Origin: Octopus vulgaris
Taxonomy: Eukaryota
DNA length: 64,000 nt
Direction: 5' to 3'
NCBI GenBank assembly: GCA_951406725.2
Contig: OX597840.1
Location: 35,898,001 to 35,962,000, forward strand
A model generated the notes under the pieces. The model saw nothing but the letters and a program-made list of their open reading frames with translations, searched no databases and was not told the DNA's origin. The translations under genes were made by a program, and so were the position numbers. The stretch's first letter is position 1. Each line of letters starts with the position of its first letter. This document shows positions 58,565 to 64,000 of this stretch, one piece after another.

Positions 58565-60460
58565 AATACCACCCTTTTGTTGCCGTATTTCTGTTGAAAT
58601 ACGCTGCCTTTGTTAAAGATGATTTTGAAAATAATACAAAATTCGCTGAAGTAACTTTTTCATTATTAAAATGGTATTTGGAACAGCGTGAAATTTAGAT
58701 GGCAAGTTTTAATTTGAAATATTTTAGCCCTTTTTTTTTACCATATTTCCGTTTAAATACACCGTTTCAATTAATATTGAGTATAACGAAGAAGCAACAC
58801 AACACTGACTTTATTAGGCTGATGTTTAATATGGAACGCTGAAGGGGCTTCAATTTAGATAACTTTAACCCTTTTGTTACCAAATTTCTGAAACATAAAC
58901 TAACATAGTGTCGATGGAAGAATATTCTTTAGATAATTTTCACTATTTTGTTAGCATATTCCTGCCGAAATACGCTGGATTTTGTTTCAATTAATTTTGA
59001 TAATAATGAAGAATTTAGAAAAAATGCAATTGTCTTTACTAAACTAGTGTTTCGAATATAAATTAACATAGAATTTTGGTGAAAAGTTTTAAATTAAATA
59101 ATTTTAATATTTTTGTTACCACACTACGGTTAAAATACATTAAATTTGTTTCAAATAATTTTGAAAATAATGAGATATAGAGTAAAGTAAATTCATTATT
59201 AAGCTGGGATTTGGAACATAAATTAGCCTCGAAATTTGATGGAAAATTATGATTTAAATAACTTGAATTCTTTTGCTACAATATTTCTGCTGAAGTACAT
59301 TGCTTTTGTTCCAATCACATTTATAATGGTCATTATTAAAATGGTGTTTGCAACATGAATTAACATAGTTTTGATGGCAGGTTTTAATCTGGAAACTTTA
59401 AACCTTTTATTACCATATTCCTGCTGAAAAGCACTTTTCTTATATATTAGCTGATTTTGGAAATAAGGAATTTGATAAAATACCTTTTGTCATTATTAAT
59501 CTGGTGTTTAAGTTGTCGAGCTGGTAGAAACGTTAGCACGCCGGGCGAGATGCTTAGCGGTATTTCGTCTGCCGTTACGTTCTGATTTCAAATTCCGCCG
59601 AGGACGGCTTTGCCTTTCATCCTTTCGGGGTCGATTAAATAAGTACCAGTTACGCACTGGGGTCGATAATTCGACTTAATCCGTTTGTTTGTCCTTGTTT
59701 GTCCCCTCTGCGTTTAGCCCCTTGTGGGTAGTAAAGAAATAGGTATTTCGTCTGCTGCTACGTTCTGAGTTCAAATTCCGCCGAGGTCAACTTTGCCTTT
59801 CATCCTATCGGGGTCGATAAATTAAGTACCAGTTACGCACTGGGGTTGATATAATCGACTTAATCCATTTGTCTGTCCTTGTTTGTCCTCTCTGTGTTTA
59901 TCCCCTTGTGGGTAATAAAGAAATAGGTACATCGCCCGTCTTTACGTTCTGAGTTCAAATTCCACCGAGGTCGACTTTGTTTATCATTCTTTCGGGATCG
60001 ATGGAACAAGTACCAGTAGAATGCTGGGGGTCTATGTAATCGACTACCCCCTCCCCCAAAATGTCAAGCCTTGTGCCTTTAGTACAAAGGATTGTTAACC
60101 TGGTGTTTAAGGCGGTAAGCTGGCAGAATCGTTAGCACGCCGGGGAAAATGCTTAGCAGCATTTCATCGTGTTTACGTCCTGAGTTCAAATTCCGCCGAG
60201 GTCGACTTTGCCTTTCATCCTTTCTGTGTCTATAAATTAAGAACCACTGAAACACTGGGGTCGATGTGATCGACTTGACCACTCACCTCAAATTTCAGGC
60301 CTTATGCCTATATTGGAAAGAGTTATTAATCTAGTGTTTAGAACGTAAATTAACTTGAAATTTTGATGAAAAATGTTAATTTAGATCGCATTAAAACAGG
60401 AAGCTTGTATGATAGCACAAGGAATTGTCTGAGACGGATTGGAACTAAAAACGTTGATGT
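58565..60460. repeat. Degenerate ~140-165-bp tandem array interrupted by SINEs
   Basis: Recurrent TTAACCCTTTTGTTACCATATTTC.G.TGAAATAC...CATTATTAA..TGGTGTTTGGAACATAAATTAAC units from ~58570 to 59510, resuming at 60323. Confidence 0.7.
59511..60322 (+). mobile_element. Two adjacent SINE family B copies (the first with three ~184-bp internal units)
   Basis: Units start at 59559, 59742 and 59926; the second SINE starts at ~60111. Confidence 0.9.
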
Positions 60461-60464
60461 TGTT

Positions 60465-61340
60465 ACACGTGATGGTCACTTCCTATTTCATAACGAAGCG
60501 AGGTGGTTGACTAAAAGGTCAGTTCCTGTTGCATTTAAACAAATATTACCAAATACCAAATATCTTTTTGTTTCTAAATAACAGAAAACACAGATTTTTA
60601 ACCTTTCTTGAAAACAAGAAATGGCTTCGAAATTAAGCACTTTTAACGGACATTTCAACAAAACTAAATGAACTGAATGATGTATTAACAGGCAAATATA
60701 AAAAAAAATATCAAAGATACTGTCTTTCATATAATTCTTTTAAAATTAAATAAAATAAAGTGCGGTTAACTCATTGTCATAAAAGTTATCTCACCCACTT
60801 TTCAAATAATAAAGATGTGATTGATAAATGTATTTAACTCCAAACGCAGACTTACGAAAAAGCTTCCAATTTTCTTTCCTTCTCCATTTCTTTTTTTCTT
60901 TCTTCTTCTTTCATTTTGTTAGTTAAAAATATGTTGAGTCAATTTCAAAAGAGATTTAATGATTTTCATAAGATTTCTCGTTAAAATACATAGATTTTTT
61001 CCGAATTTTTTTTCAGATGTTTTTTTATATTTATTATTTTTTCTTTTCATCTATTTTATTTTTTTTCGCATTAAGTGTGTTTCAGAAACTAAAGAACTTT
61101 AGAAAGCGGCTTAATTTAAATGTGCTGGCGATTTTCAGATATGCAGGTTGTGGATTTACAATGAGACAGTTTTAAAGTCCATTTCACATGTCCACTTCAC
61201 AGAATTTCTGATATGTAGAGATTATGGAGCTCTTAGAAGTGACCACGATTGAAGAATATTTAATCAGCGATCTAGTCATGTTTATAGAAGTACATGTTTG
61301 AGAAAACCGTCTTGTTACAAGAATAGTTTTCAATTTAAGT
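60465..61340 (+). mobile_element. Degraded hAT (Charlie/SPIN-like) transposase fossil
   Basis: FLFHNEARWLTK (H.EVRWLS motif), KWLRN*ALLTDISTKLNELNDVLTGK, FQKRFNDFHK. Confidence 0.7.
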
Positions 61341-61482
61341 ATCACTAACCTGATCTTTCAGCAACCCCGATGGTTGCAGGTTTGCAGGACGCGGAGCAAA
61401 GTGAGAAATTGAGGGACATAGCAACTGATGAAACGCTTATCTTGGGCAGAAGGCAACCCCTTAGCCTAAGGTAACTATTGGC

Positions 61483-61708
61483 AAGGCGGCGGACTGGCAG
61501 AAACGTTAGTACGCCGGGCGAAATGCTTAGCGGTATTTCGTCTGCCGTTACGTACTGAGTTCGAATTCCGTCGAGATCGACTTTGCCTTTCATCCTTTCG
61601 GGGTCGATAAATTAAATACCAGTTACGCACTGGGGTCGATGTAATCGACTTAATCCGCTTGTTTGTTCTTTCTGTGTTTAGTCCCCTGTGAGTAGTAAAG
61701 AAATAAGA
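61483..61708 (+). mobile_element. SINE family B nested in the PLE, with 10-bp TSD
   Basis: TSD AACTATTGGC at 61473-61482 and 61709-61718. Confidence 0.9.
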
Positions 61709-62338
61709 AACTATTGGCTAGTTCGGCATGAACAGACGGGATAACGCATTCGCAGTGTCCGGGTGTGGTGATGACAGATATTGACCGTGTCGGTGCATGC
61801 ATGCGGGTGGATCCATTGGGACAGGTGATGGAATGTTTTTTGCAGGGGAAGGTGTGGCCTGCAAGGGCGGAGGTTTGGTCTGCTGCGTTGGATGCCCGAA
61901 TTGCGGAGAGTTGTGTATGGGCGAGACGGGGAATGCTTTGTCGGAGCGCTCGCGGGTCCACGGACAACGGGTCCAGAAAGCCGGTATTCACCAAATTCCA
62001 TTGTGCGAACCTGTGGAGACATGTGATCACAGAATGTTTATAATTTTACCTTCCCATGAGCTGCATGACACAGGTTGGGGTGGAGGAGAGATGGAAGAGA
62101 AACGGTTTATTAAAATGTTCAGGCCTGTTCAGAACGGAGGTGGCAGCGGTGACACAACAACCAGTTAATGGTGTGAATTTATGGATACAGACAAGTTGCG
62201 GAGTGTCTGTGCACTTGGGGGTAGTGATGTTTGGGGGTATGCAGGTTGATCAAAGGGGTATTCTAGAAGTTCAGCTGATTAGAGCATTCTGGCAGGTACT
62301 GGAATTGTCAGGATCTCAGCTGTCAGCTGCACGCATTT

Positions 62339-62378
62339 GAAATCTGATGAGTACACTATGTATGAAAGGTCTAATTTC
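62339..62378 (+). ncRNA. Minimal type I hammerhead ribozyme motif
   Basis: GAAAT-CTGATGA-GTACA-CTA-TGTAT-GAAA-GGTC-TA-ATTTC, with a perfect 5-bp stem I. Confidence 0.7.
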
Positions 62379-62434
62379 CTTCAAATACCATAATGAAAAC
62401 CGGGAAAACCATCCTATGTTTTAACTTCATTTAA

Positions 62435-62470
<36 letters not shown>

Positions 62471-62473
<3 letters not shown>

Positions 62474-62650
62474 CCTCTGTCTTCCCTTCAATGGATCTTT
62501 CCTTCTCCTATGTTTCCGACGAAGAGCTCCGCTCGAAACGTTAAACCCTCCTTCTTCCCTTCTTTCCTGAGTGTCTAATAATATTATATTTGTTCCACGT
62601 CCTCGCGTTGTTGTGTTTTCTCTTTGTGTTTTCATGTTTGGATTAACTAT
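62471..62650 (+). mobile_element. Short PLE-type repeat in (TA)n with a hammerhead-like motif
   Basis: CCGACGA-AGAGC-TCC-GCTC-GAAAC-GTT (62516-62542); flanked by (TA)n. Confidence 0.6.
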
Positions 62651-62666
62651 ATATATATATATATAT

Positions 62667-62740
<74 letters not shown>

Positions 62741-62744
62741 TACA

Positions 62745-62985
62745 GATAAAGGGTGAAATATAATTAATTTTAATAAAATTAATAAATTTCACTTAGTAGT
62801 TTTTTCGCTATGGAAAGGACCATATTCGGTAAACATTATATATAATAATAATAAAGGGTTATTTGCAACAAGTTGCTTAAACCACAAACCGAAAATATTA
62901 GAAATATTTAAAATACTTCTAATATTTCTAATATTTTCGGTATGTGGTTTAAGCAACTTGTTGCAAATAACCCTTTATTATAATT
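62745..62985. mobile_element. Fold-back insertion related to 671-1013
   Basis: ~60-bp arms at 62848-62908 and 62921-62981 with one mismatch; the upstream segment is homologous to 675-765. Confidence 0.7.
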
Positions 62986-63031
62986 ATATATATATGTATA
63001 TATATATAGAGAGTGTATATATATAAATATA

Positions 63032-63089
<58 letters not shown>

Positions 63090-63094
<5 letters not shown>

Positions 63095-63432
63095 GGCTTA
63101 GTAAAATAAATTACTTTGCCGCATACTGAACTCATTAGAAATAGCAGCTAAAAAACTTTTTTAAAGCTATTTCTAATACTTAAAGAAAATCTCTCTCATA
63201 TAGTGCTTGCTTAATTCAACTCACAAAAGTTTGGGGGTAAGGACATCAAAAAATCAAATGCTAAGGTTATTTGAGAACGTACGTTTCAAGATTAGTCAAA
63301 ACGACACTTCTATCATCAGCTCAGAAACTCCTTGGTTTGGATTTGGAAACACTGAAAGTAAGAACATACCCTTTCGGCTTCTCATCGCTTTCGAAGATCT
63401 GTTCGTAACTAACAGTGCCAACAAACTCAAAT
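63090..63432. mobile_element. Longer non-inverted copy of the 671-1013 family, between (TA)n tracts
   Basis: AGGGCTTAGTAAAATAAATTACTTTGCCGCATACTGAACT..TTAGAAATAGCAGCTAAAAAAC matches 778-840. Confidence 0.6.
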
Positions 63433-63850
63433 ATATATATAGTAAGAATTTTCAAAAAGACGAAGGACGAAGACTGGTGTGTAAACAATAAACAGATGTA
63501 TTAGTTTAACGCTCGGGAAGAGAGAAAGTCCTTTTACGCTTTGAGCCTAGGCTCTTCATCAGAAAGGAACACAGAAAATAAACAGAGAGAGAATATAGAA
63601 AAAGGTTTAGTGATCAGCGATCTATCATAACGAAGATATATATGTATATATATATATATATGCATACATACGCTCACACAAACACGTACATAGATAAACA
63701 GACCGGTTATAAAGTGGTCGCGGTACAGCTATACACACATACGCACACACAAAAGTATATAGATCTCACCGCCTTCACCCGACGAACACACACACACTCA
63801 AACAAATGCATGTGGTTATATACATATAGACATATGTATATAAACATTTA

Positions 63851-63904
<54 letters not shown>

Positions 63905-64000
63905 TATATACGCAAAGACACACACATATATATACATATATGTGTGTTTGTATATATATATATATTTATATTTATTCATGTATGTGTGGCGGATGACGGA

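Larger units (their letters stand above)
61345..62440 (+). mobile_element. 5'-truncated PLE (Cys linker, GIY-YIG EN and 3' pLTR with hammerhead), apparently A-to-G hypermutated
   Basis: LILGRRQPLSL before the SINE; ACKGGGLVCCVGCPNCGELCMGETGNALSER..VHGQRV...EKRFIKMFRPVQN (61797-62168); hammerhead at 62339-62378; ends in (TA)n. Confidence 0.8.

Noticed and set aside
61650-62043. Overlapping ORFs in multiple frames and on both strands
   Set aside because: A by-product of A/TA depletion removing stop codons in the hypermutated PLE; only the 61797 frame matches a known domain.

Overview
AT-rich, microsatellite-saturated eukaryotic DNA with two 100-N scaffold gaps. The SINE repertoire and (TA)n/(CA)n/(TATC)n density suggest an octopus (coleoid cephalopod) genome; this is an inference. 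I can support no host protein-coding gene, and nearly all ORF-track entries are microsatellite artefacts. The window holds nested mobile elements: two abundant tRNA-derived SINE families; RTE and R4/Dong LINE remnants; mariner and hAT transposase fossils; Helitron/Helentron-type non-autonomous elements; and many Penelope-like element (PLE) fragments with minimal hammerhead-ribozyme motifs and fold-back structure, mostly inside microsatellites. Three observations stand out. (1) A PLE copy at ~61345-62440 has a GIY-YIG region that looks massively A-to-G hypermutated, as if an ADAR-hyperedited RNA had been reverse-transcribed and fixed; an unedited SINE nested inside it serves as an internal control. 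(2) A 2.2-kb ORF1-only (HAL1-like) Tx1/L1-type element is inserted into a SINE tRNA head with an 18-bp TSD. (3) A tRNA-B-box/(AAT)n/hammerhead composite with an inverted 5' duplication and a 15-bp TSD looks like a Penelope-mobilised SINE. All family names come from motif recognition by eye, not database searches.
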